Source: an uncultured Desulfurococcales archaeon (GTDB taxonomy: Archaea; Thermoproteota; Thermoprotei_A; EX4484-217-1). Taken from it: a DNA stretch of 64,000 nucleotides. The DNA lies in the NCBI GenBank assembly GCA_964564025.1, contig CAZLZO010000005.1:712-64711 (forward strand), in the 5' to 3' direction. The notes below the pieces were generated by a model. That model saw only the letters and a program-made list of their open reading frames with translations. It was not told the DNA's origin and ran no database searches. Every line of letters starts with the position of its first letter. Within the stretch, counting starts at the first letter, position 1. Made by a program: the position numbers and the translations under genes. Positions 50,314-60,485 of this stretch are shown in pieces.

Positions 50314-51185
50314 CTAAACCACCTCCTAAGAGCGACTAAAGCGTAGGGTATAACTATTCCTAATGAAATTGCAAAAATTATCGTTGCTATAGCTGCACCA
50401 TCAGCCATAAATCTCTGCCAAAACGCTGTTTCCCACATGAAATATCCTAAAACGTCTGTAGCTAAGCCTGGCCCTCCACGTGTAGCTACATAAACTATGT
50501 CAAATATTTTAAGTGCAGAGAGAGCAAGTAACGGAACAGCAACTAAAAATCCATGCCTTACTTGAGGCACTACTACATCCCAGAATATTTGAAATGACGA
50601 TGCTCCATCTATTTGTGCTGCTTCAATAAGTGATGGGTCTATGCCTTTTATTGCCGCTTCAAAAATTATAACTGCAAATCCTAGGTATTGCCAAATAGTG
50701 ACGAAAATTAGGGCATAAAGTGCTGTTGAAGGATCAGATATCCACGGTTTTACGATGAAGCTTAGTCCTAAAGTTTTAAGTACAGTATTTATGGCTCCGT
50801 CTCTAGCATACATCCAAACCCAAAGTGTTCCAGCAACAGTCATTGAAATTGCTGTTGGTAGAAGAAAAATTGTTCTAAATATTATTTCCTTACCTGTCGA
50901 AACCATAATGTAGGCTATTATTAACCCTAAAATCGAAGTTGGACCCATAAACAAAATGATCCACATAATATTATTTCTTAAAGCAGTGTAGAACCTAGGG
51001 TTAGAAAATAATGCTTCATAATTTCTTAAGCCTACAAAATTAAGGGATATTTGGTAACTCCTCCAATCACTCATTGAAACATATATTGAAATACCAATCA
51101 TTACGTAAAGTATGCTTATAACGAACAATATTGGTGTTAGAAACACTAGCTTCTCTCGAAGTTCACTTGAAAACATAGTAGGCAC
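50310..51185 (-). CDS. sugar ABC transporter permease (MalF-like)
   Basis: EAAQIDGAS, FDIVY..T.GGP. Confidence 0.93.
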   Translation of the reverse strand: MPTMFSSELREKLVFLTPILFVISILYVMIGISIYVSMSDWRSYQISLNFVGLRNYEALFSNPRFYTALRNNIMWIILFMGPTSILGLIIAYIMVSTGKEIIFRTIFLLPTAISMTVAGTLWVWMYARDGAINTVLKTLGLSFIVKPWISDPSTALYALIFVTIWQYLGFAVIIFEAAIKGIDPSLIEAAQIDGASSFQIFWDVVVPQVRHGFLVAVPLLALSALKIFDIVYVATRGGPGLATDVLGYFMWETAFWQRFMADGAAIATIIFAISLGIVIPYALVALRRWFR

Positions 51186-51238
51186 CTAGCTAATCAAAAA
51201 TATAGATGAGAGGAAAAAAGAGTTTTTGGTTTTTATTT

Positions 51239-52717
51239 TTACCTCTTCGTTATGAAGTAATCTATTGTGTATCCTTCCCAGAAGCTTACAACACCTGATC
51301 TATCGATTGCTTGCATTATTTGTTGTATTGCCGCATTAACTAAAGTGTCTATGTCCGCTCCAGCTGAGGCACTTGTTACGAGGCTAGTTAATATGTTATG
51401 CATTTCCGTTACGAAAGCCTCCTTGCTTATTCCTCCATGAACAGCGCTAGGTACTAATGTTGATTTCTTAAAGTCATCGGCGGTTTCCGGTCTATATGGG
51501 TCTGGATATTTTGGTGAAACGTCTACACGTGCAGGTATTGATCCTTTAATAAGGTTAAAGCTTTCCTGCGCTTCCGGAGACCCGACGACTGTTAGCCATG
51601 CTTTCGCTATTTCTTGATGAGGTGCGTCCTTAGGTAAGTTGAAGGAGTCAGATAGCAGAATGAACACGGTCTTCGGGAACGGTGCTGCAGCCCATTCTTC
51701 ACCATACTTTGCACCTACAGACATGAAGTATCCTGCAACCCAGTCTCCATGTATGTACATTGCTGCTTTACCTTGGTAAACCAGTGCTGCTGCTTGATCC
51801 CATGTTAATTCTGGATGGTTACTGTTGAACAAGTCTTCTTTAGCCATTATCGCTATTGTTTTAAGAACATCTCTTACAGTAGACCATACAGGATCTTCTG
51901 GGTTCTTATAATCAAACTTCCCGGTCCAGAACTTAACGTAGGTTTCCGGTCCTCCATGGAGCACTAAAAGTACTTCAAAGAGGTGAGTTAATGGCCACTT
52001 GTTTCTAGTAGCTAAGGCTACCGGAGCTACCTCAGGTTTGTTCTCTTTAATGTAGCGTGCTACTTCAAGGAAAGTATTTAAGTCCCATGTTCTTGGGTCG
52101 CCAAATTTATCAATAATTCCCAGTTCCTCAAATATCTTAGGATTATACCATAAGACGTTTGATCTGTGTACGTTTATTGGAACCGCGTAATAGTGGTCGT
52201 TGAATTTACACATTGCTTGAAGTGTTGAAGGAATTACGTCGGCCAATCCCATGTTCTCCCATACTTCATCAACTGGTGCTAAATAACCTGCATCAACATA
52301 TTCCTTAAGTTCACCACCAGCATGTACTTGGAATGTGTCTGGTGGTGTTCCCGAAGCTAATAGACCCCAAATAACGGCTTTCATAACTGCTCCAGCACCG
52401 CCCGCAACAGGGTTTTCGACTATTTCGGCTTCGGGGTACTTGTCCTTAAACACCTTAAATACCGCATCTATAGCTTCCTTCTCACCGCCTGCTGTCCACC
52501 AATGATATATAATTAATTGTTTCTCAACAGGTGTAGGTGTAGGTGTCGGAGGAGCTGTTGTTATTGTTGTCACTGTAGTCACTGTCGTCGGCGATGCTGG
52601 TGGTGGAGCTGTACTTACTCCAGCATAGTACCCTGCAATAGTTGCTATAACTATCAGAACTATAGCTACTAATATTATAACAGAAGTTTTAGTAACGGCT
52701 TTTCTTAGAGGCGTCAT
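51239..52717 (-). CDS. sugar ABC transporter substrate-binding protein (glucose-binding-protein-like)
   Basis: HWWTAGGE, PPDTFQVHAG, VP.NVHR.N, GDW, SDSF, FN..KGSIPAR; N-terminal signal/TM plus Pro/Thr linker. Confidence 0.92.
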   Translation of the reverse strand: MTPLRKAVTKTSVIILVAIVLIVIATIAGYYAGVSTAPPPASPTTVTTVTTITTAPPTPTPTPVEKQLIIYHWWTAGGEKEAIDAVFKVFKDKYPEAEIVENPVAGGAGAVMKAVIWGLLASGTPPDTFQVHAGGELKEYVDAGYLAPVDEVWENMGLADVIPSTLQAMCKFNDHYYAVPINVHRSNVLWYNPKIFEELGIIDKFGDPRTWDLNTFLEVARYIKENKPEVAPVALATRNKWPLTHLFEVLLVLHGGPETYVKFWTGKFDYKNPEDPVWSTVRDVLKTIAIMAKEDLFNSNHPELTWDQAAALVYQGKAAMYIHGDWVAGYFMSVGAKYGEEWAAAPFPKTVFILLSDSFNLPKDAPHQEIAKAWLTVVGSPEAQESFNLIKGSIPARVDVSPKYPDPYRPETADDFKKSTLVPSAVHGGISKEAFVTEMHNILTSLVTSASAGADIDTLVNAAIQQIMQAIDRSGVVSFWEGYTIDYFITKR

Positions 52718-52870
52718 TAGAATACTACCTCCAAATAATAATTTTTAACTTACTGCTCTATATACCGATTTCTAATTTCTAGATTAATCGAAAACGTTTT
52801 AATTAATGCTATAGTAGTTAAGTATTTAGGCTATCGCTTAGCTTCTCCTATCACAATTTTTAGTAAGGAA

Positions 52871-52931
52871 GATCAGTAAAGGCCAGGATTCATCATTTTT
52901 CTCAGGAGGAAGCCAAAACATCTCATCTAAG
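52871..52931 (-). ncRNA. candidate box C/D guide sRNA
   Basis: AGATGA - GATGTTTTGGCTTCCTC - CTGA - GAAAA - ATGATGA - ATCCTGGCCTTTA - CTGA. Confidence 0.75.
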
Positions 52932-53136
52932 CATTAGCTAACTATTTTATCTGCCACTATATCTTTAGTTCTAAAGACTCTCATGATCATATGGAAGAGA
53001 TCATTGGATCTTAAAATTGAGAATGCACTTATATAGTTGCATAGATTTGGCTATGGCTAACACTACTAATAACTAGGCTATATAGGACGTGTTGAAAGAC
53101 TATTTGTAAAAATTTCATAAACAATGTTCTCTTTAA

Positions 53137-54204
53137 TTAAAAGGTTTTAACGACCTTAACTAAGTCTTTGGGTTTATCTGGATTATATCCTTTAAGTATA
53201 GTTCTGTAAAATGCCATTAAGTATAGTGGTATAATGAACAATAATGGTGAATAGTATACGTGCCCAGACCAGTCAATATATAATTGATCCTTAAAGCTTT
53301 CACTGTTAGTAACTAATCTAACATTGAAACCTTTATTAATCAATTCATTATAGAGTCTTATTACTTTATCGATACTTTTATCTCTTGGTGCAAGGATGAA
53401 TAAGACTATTTCCTTGCTTCTACTGGCAAGAGCTATTGGGCCATGCCTGAACTCTAGAGCATGTAATGCCTCAGTAAACGCATGTGTCATTTCCTTAAAC
53501 TTTAATCCAGCTTCGAATGCTGCAGACATCGTTATTGATGTACCTAAGAATATGAACGTGTTCTTTTCTAGAGTTTCTTTTGCTAGTGTAAAGTATTGTT
53601 GCTTATTACTTAGTATTTTCTCTACGGCCACTGGTAGTTTAGCGGATTCTTTTATTACACTTTCTGCCCATTCGTAGTCATTAGAAATTTGATATAAAGA
53701 TAGTAATAATCCTGCTAATTGCATTGTAACAAATGATTTAGTCATAACGTAACTTTCTTCGTAACACTTCTCTGCGAGAATAGAGTAATCTGTTAATTTT
53801 AGAATGGGACTATCTCTTGTGCAAGTAATACCTATAGTTACATATCCTTTTTCCTTAGCTTGGCGCATAGCGCTTAAAATTTCAGCTGTCGATCCTGACC
53901 TTGAAAATGCTATTACTGCCTTCCTTGATTTATATCGGTTATTTAAGTAGTAAAACATGAACTCTGATGCTGGAGCTACAATTGTTTTTATAGTGGAATG
54001 CATGAGTAATGGAAGTGCAGAACCCATAGCTACGTAGTGGCTTGTTCCGCAACCTATATAGTATAGCTCATTAACTCCTTTATTATTTAGCTCATTGACT
54101 ATTTCTCTTATTTTCCTAACATTACCAATAACTTCTCTAATACTCTCCGGTATTTCATTGATCTCTTTAAACGTTTTATAGTTAAATAGCTCTTCTTCAG
54201 GCAA
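53137..54204 (-). CDS. double-SIS sugar-phosphate deaminase/isomerase (GlmD/AgaS-like, no glutaminase domain)
   Basis: T..EI.E.P, GCGTS, SRSGST.E, E.S.VMTKSF, EAGLK.KE, EFRHGP, NPD.P..LVKVV. Confidence 0.85.
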   Translation of the reverse strand: MPEEELFNYKTFKEINEIPESIREVIGNVRKIREIVNELNNKGVNELYYIGCGTSHYVAMGSALPLLMHSTIKTIVAPASEFMFYYLNNRYKSRKAVIAFSRSGSTAEILSAMRQAKEKGYVTIGITCTRDSPILKLTDYSILAEKCYEESYVMTKSFVTMQLAGLLLSLYQISNDYEWAESVIKESAKLPVAVEKILSNKQQYFTLAKETLEKNTFIFLGTSITMSAAFEAGLKFKEMTHAFTEALHALEFRHGPIALASRSKEIVLFILAPRDKSIDKVIRLYNELINKGFNVRLVTNSESFKDQLYIDWSGHVYYSPLLFIIPLYLMAFYRTILKGYNPDKPKDLVKVVKTF

Positions 54205-54383
54205 TTTTGGAAACCTCTAACTTTATATGCCTTAATTGGTTGTTGAATAATTTTACGCTTAATCAAGACAGTGAAAACTATTTAATGAAAATTAATATTT
54301 AAATATTTAAAACAGTATAGCAAAGCTATTGAACTAATTATGTACATTTTACAACTTTAATTACGTCTCTACTAGCTAAGCCT

Positions 54384-55667
54384 TTATTTACTGAGCACTT
54401 CAATTGTCTTATTAAGTTTAATGGTTGACCCTTCAAGGCCAAATGCTTTCGTATACTTTCTTATTGCCTTTATGATTTCATCGATAATTACTTTACGGCC
54501 GTTAATGCCTATGTCTTCTGCATGCTTATAGAGTTTCTCTCTTAACTCATTAACTCTTTTATTTGACCAAATATATCTTGAACATATACCTATTACCCAT
54601 TCCCTATAATTACTTGGTAAACTTTCAAGTTTATTAATGCTTCTTGGAACATACTTCTTCCATCTGCCATCCTCCTTCACTAAATCGACTATAGTATTTA
54701 ATATTGAATAGAACTCATCCTTACCTCGCATTTCCCTTTCTTCCAATAATTTAACAAGTTTTTTAATACCACGATATTCTACGTCTGCAAATTCTGGACC
54801 TACATTAGCGCCTCCAATGCCTATTTTCCTATAATTTTCAGGATTTTTGACATAATCTGTTGAATGTCCTTTAACGTATGAATTATATTTCTTAGCGATT
54901 TCAACTAATTTGATACCTACATTAATATCTAACATGTTCTCTGGTGTAATGCGTGTTCCTAAATCGCCTACAACAAATAAGGGCAATGTTTCCTTAAGTC
55001 CTCTTTCCATTAGTCCTTTTCTTATCATTTTTAGAATAATGTTAACTCTTTCAGGGTCACTAACTCCCCATCTATCGCTTCCTACTTCATAGTCTACTCT
55101 GGGTAAGCCTTTACTTACACGTATAGACTCTGCATATTCGATTAAATCAAGCGTCCTTTTAGCAATAACTTCCTCATTTAATGGTTTTTTCAAGTAAATA
55201 TCTACTGTCGTATCAATATGTAATAGATCATATCCGGAAATTATTGCTGCTTCAATAGATTTCATAACATGTTCCATAGCCTCTTCAAGGTCAAGGCCTT
55301 GGTGTATATGGGCATCTTTGAGCCATGGTCCACCATGGTCAAGGGCAATTATTATTGGGCCTTTGTAATTTAGTTTAGAGACTTTTTCAGACACTATTTC
55401 AACAAATTTTTGCGGCGTCCAGCCAGTATATCCACCATCTATATCTACTTGGTTTAGAGAAGCAATGAACATTATAGGTAATTGATACCTTTTAGCAACT
55501 AAGAGAGCTGACTCAACAACCGAAATTGATGTTGGAGATATACCTAATAGCGTAATAGGTGTCCTCAGATGCTTGTAAAACGTATTTAGAATAAGCCTCG
55601 TAATTGGCACATCTTTTTCTAATGCAATCTCTCTAACAGTACTTTTATCGAACCTCTTAGCTCCCAT
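54384..55667 (-). CDS. GatZ/KbaZ-family protein (tagatose-6-phosphate 4-epimerase-like)
   Basis: ASLNQVD.DGGYTGWTP, LDHGGPW, LHIDT, YEVGS, GHSTDY, ANVGPE. Confidence 0.85.
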   Translation of the reverse strand: MGAKRFDKSTVREIALEKDVPITRLILNTFYKHLRTPITLLGISPTSISVVESALLVAKRYQLPIMFIASLNQVDIDGGYTGWTPQKFVEIVSEKVSKLNYKGPIIIALDHGGPWLKDAHIHQGLDLEEAMEHVMKSIEAAIISGYDLLHIDTTVDIYLKKPLNEEVIAKRTLDLIEYAESIRVSKGLPRVDYEVGSDRWGVSDPERVNIILKMIRKGLMERGLKETLPLFVVGDLGTRITPENMLDINVGIKLVEIAKKYNSYVKGHSTDYVKNPENYRKIGIGGANVGPEFADVEYRGIKKLVKLLEEREMRGKDEFYSILNTIVDLVKEDGRWKKYVPRSINKLESLPSNYREWVIGICSRYIWSNKRVNELREKLYKHAEDIGINGRKVIIDEIIKAIRKYTKAFGLEGSTIKLNKTIEVLSK

Positions 55668-56018
55668 TAGATTGACCCCACCATGTGAAAAGTAGCAGTT
55701 CTACGACAGTATAAAACTGTTAGTGTTAGATGATTTAATTGTATCCATTTAAGCATTAAAGTAATTAGCAATAATTTAGTTTAATCATCCACCGCTTAGG
55801 CATTACAACCATATAATCACATATTTTAACAGGGCTAGGTACATCCTAGTATAGTTCAAAGTTTAATTGTTATTTCCTAGTGTTAGCACATCTCTAATCC
55901 TAAGGGTTTTCAATAATAGTTTAAATAGTTCTTTCTCATTAAGATTTAAATAACCTTACTTGTGTATGGTTTTAGGTAGCTGAAAGAAGCAAAGTATACG
56001 GGAAGGTAGGCTGATTAC

Positions 56019-56474
56019 ATGTCCTCGCAAACAACGTTCAGATACATAGTTAGAGTTGCTGGAGTAGATATTGACGGTAACTGGAAGGTAGCTTATGGTC
56101 TATCTAAAATTAAGGGCGTTGGCGTAACCTTAGCCTACGCTATGTGTAGGAAGTTAGGTATAGATCCTGAAATGAGAATAGGGAACTTAACCGAAGCAGA
56201 CGTTAAAAAAATCGAAGAGGCACTTTCAAACCTTAAAAAGCTAGGCTTACCTTCCTGGCTTTATAATAGACGTAAGGATTATGAAACAGGAAACGATCTC
56301 CACTTGATAGGTTCAGACCTTATTATGGCTGTTAGGAAAGACATAGAAATTATGAAGAAAATTAAGAGTTGGAAGGGAATAAGACACTCCTTAGGGCTAA
56401 AGGTGAGAGGACAGAGAACGAGGACAACTGGTAGGTTAGGATTAACAGTAGGTGTTAAACGTAAGAGAAAGTAA
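56019..56474 (+). CDS. rps13: 30S ribosomal protein uS13
   Basis: FRYIVR.AG.D, NRRKD..TG, GLKVRGQRTRTTGR. Confidence 0.98.
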   Translation: MSSQTTFRYIVRVAGVDIDGNWKVAYGLSKIKGVGVTLAYAMCRKLGIDPEMRIGNLTEADVKKIEEALSNLKKLGLPSWLYNRRKDYETGNDLHLIGSDLIMAVRKDIEIMKKIKSWKGIRHSLGLKVRGQRTRTTGRLGLTVGVKRKRK

Positions 56475-56488
56475 TGGTGTGATCTACC

Positions 56489-57013
56489 ATGGGTGATCCT
56501 AGGAAACCACGTAAGAAATGGATAGGGCCTAAACATCCATGGAGAAAAGAAGTTTTAGAAGAAGAAATGATACTTATGGGTAAATATGGTTTAAGAAATA
56601 AAAGAGAACTTTGGATAGCTAAAACACTTGCTAGAGAATTTAGACATAGAGCTAGGGCCCTTTTAGCTCTTCCAGAGAAGGACAGAAAGGTTCAGGAGAA
56701 AGCTCTTCTCAATAGACTTTACCATTTAGGGGTTTTACCGGAAAATGCAACATTGGATGACGTATTAGGATTAACCGCAGAACACATTTTGAAAAGAAGG
56801 CTTCAAACAATAGTTTATGAAAAAGGTCTTGCAAGAACTATTTACCAAGCAAGACAATTGATAGTTCATGGACACATAGCTATTGGAGGAAGAAGAGTTA
56901 ATGCCCCTGGATATCTTGTAAAAAGAGAAGAAGAAGACTTAGTAGATTACTACTCGATAAGCCCGTTCAAGAAGAAACCTGAACTTCTTCAGCAAGTTTC
57001 GCAACAAAGCTAA
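56489..57013 (+). CDS. rps4: 30S ribosomal protein uS4
   Basis: MGDPRKPRKK, YGLRNKRELW, RRLQT, ARQLIVHGHI. Confidence 0.98.
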   Translation: MGDPRKPRKKWIGPKHPWRKEVLEEEMILMGKYGLRNKRELWIAKTLAREFRHRARALLALPEKDRKVQEKALLNRLYHLGVLPENATLDDVLGLTAEHILKRRLQTIVYEKGLARTIYQARQLIVHGHIAIGGRRVNAPGYLVKREEEDLVDYYSISPFKKKPELLQQVSQQS

Positions 57014-57029
57014 CAGAGGTGGGTATTAA

Positions 57030-57431
57030 GTGGCGTTCATAGCACGTGAGCTTAAATGGGGCGTAGTTCACATTTACAGTTCACTAAATAATACGATAAT
57101 ACACATCACCGACCTTACCGGAGCAGAAACTGTAGCTAGAGCTTCAGGAGGAATGGTTGTTAAAGCTGACAGAGAAAAACCGTCACCATACGCTGCAATG
57201 CTAGCTGCTTCAAGAGTAGCTCAAGAAGCTATGGACAAGGGTGTAAGAGCAATACATATAAAGGTAAGAGCGCCTGGAGGTCATGGACCTAAAACTCCAG
57301 GACCTGGAGCTCAAGCTGCAATAAGAGCTCTTGCGAGAGCGGGCTTCATTATTGGCAGAATAGAGGATGTAACGCCAATACCTCATGATACGACAAGGAG
57401 GCCGGGTGGACGTAGAGGTAGAAGAGTCTAG
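57030..57431 (+). CDS. rps11: 30S ribosomal protein uS11
   Basis: [26 protein letters not shown]. Confidence 0.98.
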   Translation: MAFIARELKWGVVHIYSSLNNTIIHITDLTGAETVARASGGMVVKADREKPSPYAAMLAASRVAQEAMDKGVRAIHIKVRAPGGHGPKTPGPGAQAAIRALARAGFIIGRIEDVTPIPHDTTRRPGGRRGRRV

Positions 57432-57449
57432 GTCGCGGAGTGTTTAACA

Positions 57450-58265
57450 ATGAAAATTAGGGTTCTTGAAAAGGACAACAGGAAAATTAAGGTAATGATC
57501 GAAGAGTCATCTTTGCCTTTAGTTAATGCTATAAGGAGATTAGCTATATCTGATGTACCAACTTTAGCTATTGACGAAGTAGCTTTCCTCGATAATACAT
57601 CAGTTCTTTACGATGAAATAATAGCTCATAGATTAGGATTAGTGCCTTTAACGACAGATCTCTCACGGTTTAAACCTCCAGAGGAGTGTGAAGGAGCTAA
57701 TCCAATAAATAACCCGGAATGTTACACAAGATTATTCCTAGATGTTGAAGCTAAGAGGGACTATGAAATAATTTATTCAGGTGATTTGCAAAGCGAAGAT
57801 CCTACGGTAAAGCCTGTTTCAGACAAAATACCTATCGCTATTTTAGCTAAGGGCCAAAAAATAACGTTGGAAGCCTATGCTAGACTAGGTAGGGGAAGAG
57901 AACACATAAAGTGGTCCCCTGTTTCAGTGAGTGCACATAAATATGTTCCGGAAATCATAATTGACATGGAGAAATGTACTTTATGCGGTAAATGTGTTGA
58001 AGAATGCCCTAAAAACATCTTAATAATTGAAAATAAAACATTAAAGATAATAAATACTCTAGAATGCACGCTGTGTAAAGCATGTGAAGAAGTCTGTGAA
58101 CCTCGAGCAATAAGAGTTTCTTGGGTTGAAAACTCCTACATCTTAACCATAGAGTCAACAGGTGCTTTACTGCCTGAAGTAATAGTTTCTGAAGCTGCAA
58201 AGATTCTCGAGAAAAAAGCCGGAGAATTCATTAAACAAGTTGAAAGCTTAGAGGGAGGAGAATAA
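57450..58265 (+). CDS. rpoD: RNA polymerase subunit Rpo3 (D) with ferredoxin-like domain
   Basis: [33 protein letters not shown]; two CxxCxxCxxxC motifs. Confidence 0.97.
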   Translation: MKIRVLEKDNRKIKVMIEESSLPLVNAIRRLAISDVPTLAIDEVAFLDNTSVLYDEIIAHRLGLVPLTTDLSRFKPPEECEGANPINNPECYTRLFLDVEAKRDYEIIYSGDLQSEDPTVKPVSDKIPIAILAKGQKITLEAYARLGRGREHIKWSPVSVSAHKYVPEIIIDMEKCTLCGKCVEECPKNILIIENKTLKIINTLECTLCKACEEVCEPRAIRVSWVENSYILTIESTGALLPEVIVSEAAKILEKKAGEFIKQVESLEGGE

Positions 58266-58267
58266 GA

Positions 58268-58630
58268 ATGAAAAGAACGGGCCCAACAAACTATGTTCTT
58301 AGAAGAACAATTAGGTTTCTAAAGAAAATTTCTAAAGAAAACAAGGTTAAAATATGGAAGGATATTGCTGAACGGTTAGAAAGACCTTCAAGACAAAGAA
58401 TAGTAGTTAATGTTTCAAGAATAAATCGCTATACTAAAGAAGGAGATGTCGTAGTTGTTCCAGGAAAAGTTCTTGGTGCTGGAAATATAAATCATAAAGT
58501 TACTGTTGCTGCAATAGGCTTCTCAAAAACAGCTTATGAAAAAATAGTTTCCGTTGGAGGAAAATGTATGCATATTTTAGAGCTTGCTTTGCAAAATCCT
58601 AAGGGTTCAAACATCAAGATTATTGGGTGA
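58268..58630 (+). CDS. rpl18e: 50S ribosomal protein eL18
   Basis: VN.SRINR, VPGKVLG.G. Confidence 0.97.
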   Translation: MKRTGPTNYVLRRTIRFLKKISKENKVKIWKDIAERLERPSRQRIVVNVSRINRYTKEGDVVVVPGKVLGAGNINHKVTVAAIGFSKTAYEKIVSVGGKCMHILELALQNPKGSNIKIIG

Positions 58631-58639
58631 CCAGGTAAT

Positions 58640-59098
58640 ATGCAGAAAGAAACCATAATTAATGGTGAAGGACATATTCTAGGAAGACTTGCAAGCATTG
58701 TTGCTAAAAGATTACTTAATGGTGAAAAAATAACAATACTTAATGCAGATAAAATAGTTGTAAGTGGAAATAAGAGAATGGTTATTGAATCATATAAGCT
58801 CTTATTTGAGGTAAAAACACATTACAATCCCTACAAGCAAGGAATTAGAAGACCGAGAAGCCCTGAAAACATAGTCAGAAGAGCTATTAGAGGAATGCTG
58901 CCCATGGACAAGCCTAAGGGAAGAGTAGCATTTCGTAGGTTAAAGGTTTTCTCGGGTATACCTCCGGAGTACGAAAAAGTAAAGGATAGGATGGTTAAAA
59001 TAGAAGATGCTTTAGCAACAAGGCTTGGAAGAACCTATGTCACCTTAGCAGAGATAGCTATACAAATGGGGTGGAAACCTAAAGTTCCGAAAACCTAA
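58640..59098 (+). CDS. rpl13: 50S ribosomal protein uL13
   Basis: ILGRLAS.VAK.LL.GE, RR.IRGMLP. Confidence 0.97.
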   Translation: MQKETIINGEGHILGRLASIVAKRLLNGEKITILNADKIVVSGNKRMVIESYKLLFEVKTHYNPYKQGIRRPRSPENIVRRAIRGMLPMDKPKGRVAFRRLKVFSGIPPEYEKVKDRMVKIEDALATRLGRTYVTLAEIAIQMGWKPKVPKT

Positions 59099-59118
59099 AC
59101 TTCTCTAGGTGATGAATA

Positions 59119-59520
59119 GTGAAAATAGTTATTTCTTCAGGTAAGAGAAAAACAGCAATAGCAAGAGCAATAATCAGGCCTGGTAAGGGTAGAGTTTTCA
59201 TCAACAATGTTCCTGTCGAAATATACCCCATAGAAATGGCTCGCTGGAAAATATTGGAACCGCTACTCCTAGCAGGAGACGATATAAGAAACTCTATAGA
59301 TATCCATGTTAACGTTAAGGGAGGCGGAGTTATGGCTCAAGCTGATGCTGCAAGAATAGCTATAGCTAGAGGGCTTATTGAGCTAACTAAGAATGAGGAA
59401 TTAAAGAAGCTATTTCTAGAGTATGATAAAACAATGTTAAGCGGTGATCCAAGACAAGCTGAGCCAAAGAAGTTTGCAAGATATAGTGCTAGAAGGAGAT
59501 GGCAGAAATCCTACAGATAA
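59119..59520 (+). CDS. rps9: 30S ribosomal protein uS9
   Basis: [22 protein letters not shown]. Confidence 0.98.
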   Translation: MKIVISSGKRKTAIARAIIRPGKGRVFINNVPVEIYPIEMARWKILEPLLLAGDDIRNSIDIHVNVKGGGVMAQADAARIAIARGLIELTKNEELKKLFLEYDKTMLSGDPRQAEPKKFARYSARRRWQKSYR

Positions 59521-59565
59521 GAATTTAATCCCAACATGACAATATGCGGTGTGAGGACTGAAAAA

Positions 59566-59766
59566 ATGCTTATACCTGTAAGATGCTTCACATGTGGGGC
59601 ATTAATTGGAGATAAATGGGAGGAATTTAGCAAAAGAGTTGCTCAAGGAGAAAATCCTGAAAAAGTTCTTGACGACTTAGGCGTTAAAAGGTATTGTTGT
59701 AGAAGAATGCTTCTTTCTCACGTAGACCTCATATACCAGGTTATTAAGTTTACGAGACCCACGTGA
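59566..59766 (+). CDS. rpoN: RNA polymerase subunit Rpo10 (N)
   Basis: [11 protein letters not shown]...RYCCRRM. Confidence 0.97.
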   Translation: MLIPVRCFTCGALIGDKWEEFSKRVAQGENPEKVLDDLGVKRYCCRRMLLSHVDLIYQVIKFTRPT

Positions 59767-59770
59767 ACTC

Positions 59771-60424
59771 ATGAGGGTAGAGTTGAAAATGTCTTCGGAA
59801 AAACGTGTTGAAAAAAAGGAGTCAGAATTCTTAGTCCCCCTGGAAACGTATTTGGCCGCCGGAGTTCACATAGGAACCCATATTGGAACTAAGCATATGA
59901 TGAAGTTTGTTTATAAGGTAAGGCCCGATGGACTTCATATTTTAGACATTAGGCAAACGGATAACAGGTTGAAGATTGCAGCGAAATTTATAGCTAGATA
60001 TGATCCTTCAAAAATAGTTGCTGTTTCTGTAAGACAATATGGTCACAAGCCAGTTCAAATGTTTTGTAAATTTATCGGATGTAAAGCAATTACTGGAAGA
60101 ATACAACCCGGTACGTTTACAAATCCCCACTTAGAACATTATCTTGAACCAGAGCTTTTGATAGTAACTGACCCTAGGTCAGATTCTCAGGCATTAAAGG
60201 AAGCATCTAAAGTCGGAATAACTGTTGTCGCGCTCTGTGATTCAGACAATAAAACCGAGTTTGTTGACTTAATAATACCTGCAAATAATAAAGGTAGAAA
60301 AGCGTTAGCCCTACTTTACTGGCTACTAGCAAGACAAGTCCTTAGGGAGAGAGGAGAAATACCGCCAGACGGAGACCTTCCGGTTCCTGTTGAGGAGTTT
60401 GAACAGAAAATAACAAGAACATGA
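59771..60424 (+). CDS. rps2: 30S ribosomal protein uS2
   Basis: [25 protein letters not shown]; real start may be ATG 59789. Confidence 0.97.
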   Translation: MRVELKMSSEKRVEKKESEFLVPLETYLAAGVHIGTHIGTKHMMKFVYKVRPDGLHILDIRQTDNRLKIAAKFIARYDPSKIVAVSVRQYGHKPVQMFCKFIGCKAITGRIQPGTFTNPHLEHYLEPELLIVTDPRSDSQALKEASKVGITVVALCDSDNKTEFVDLIIPANNKGRKALALLYWLLARQVLRERGEIPPDGDLPVPVEEFEQKITRT

Positions 60425-60485
60425 AGCAATATAAGTAATATCTAGTACTGTAGAGAACATCTTCAGTTTAAAAGGTGAGTATCTT

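Noticed and set aside
46840..56018. Integrated virus or plasmid at tRNA-Ser
   Set aside because: No integrase, no duplicated tRNA 3' end and no viral genes are visible.
59515..59562. Possible C/D RNA between rps9 and rpoN (GCGGTGTG matches 16S CACACCGC, followed by CTGA)
   Set aside because: Only 8 bp of pairing, mismatches next to the D+5 position, and no credible C or C' box.
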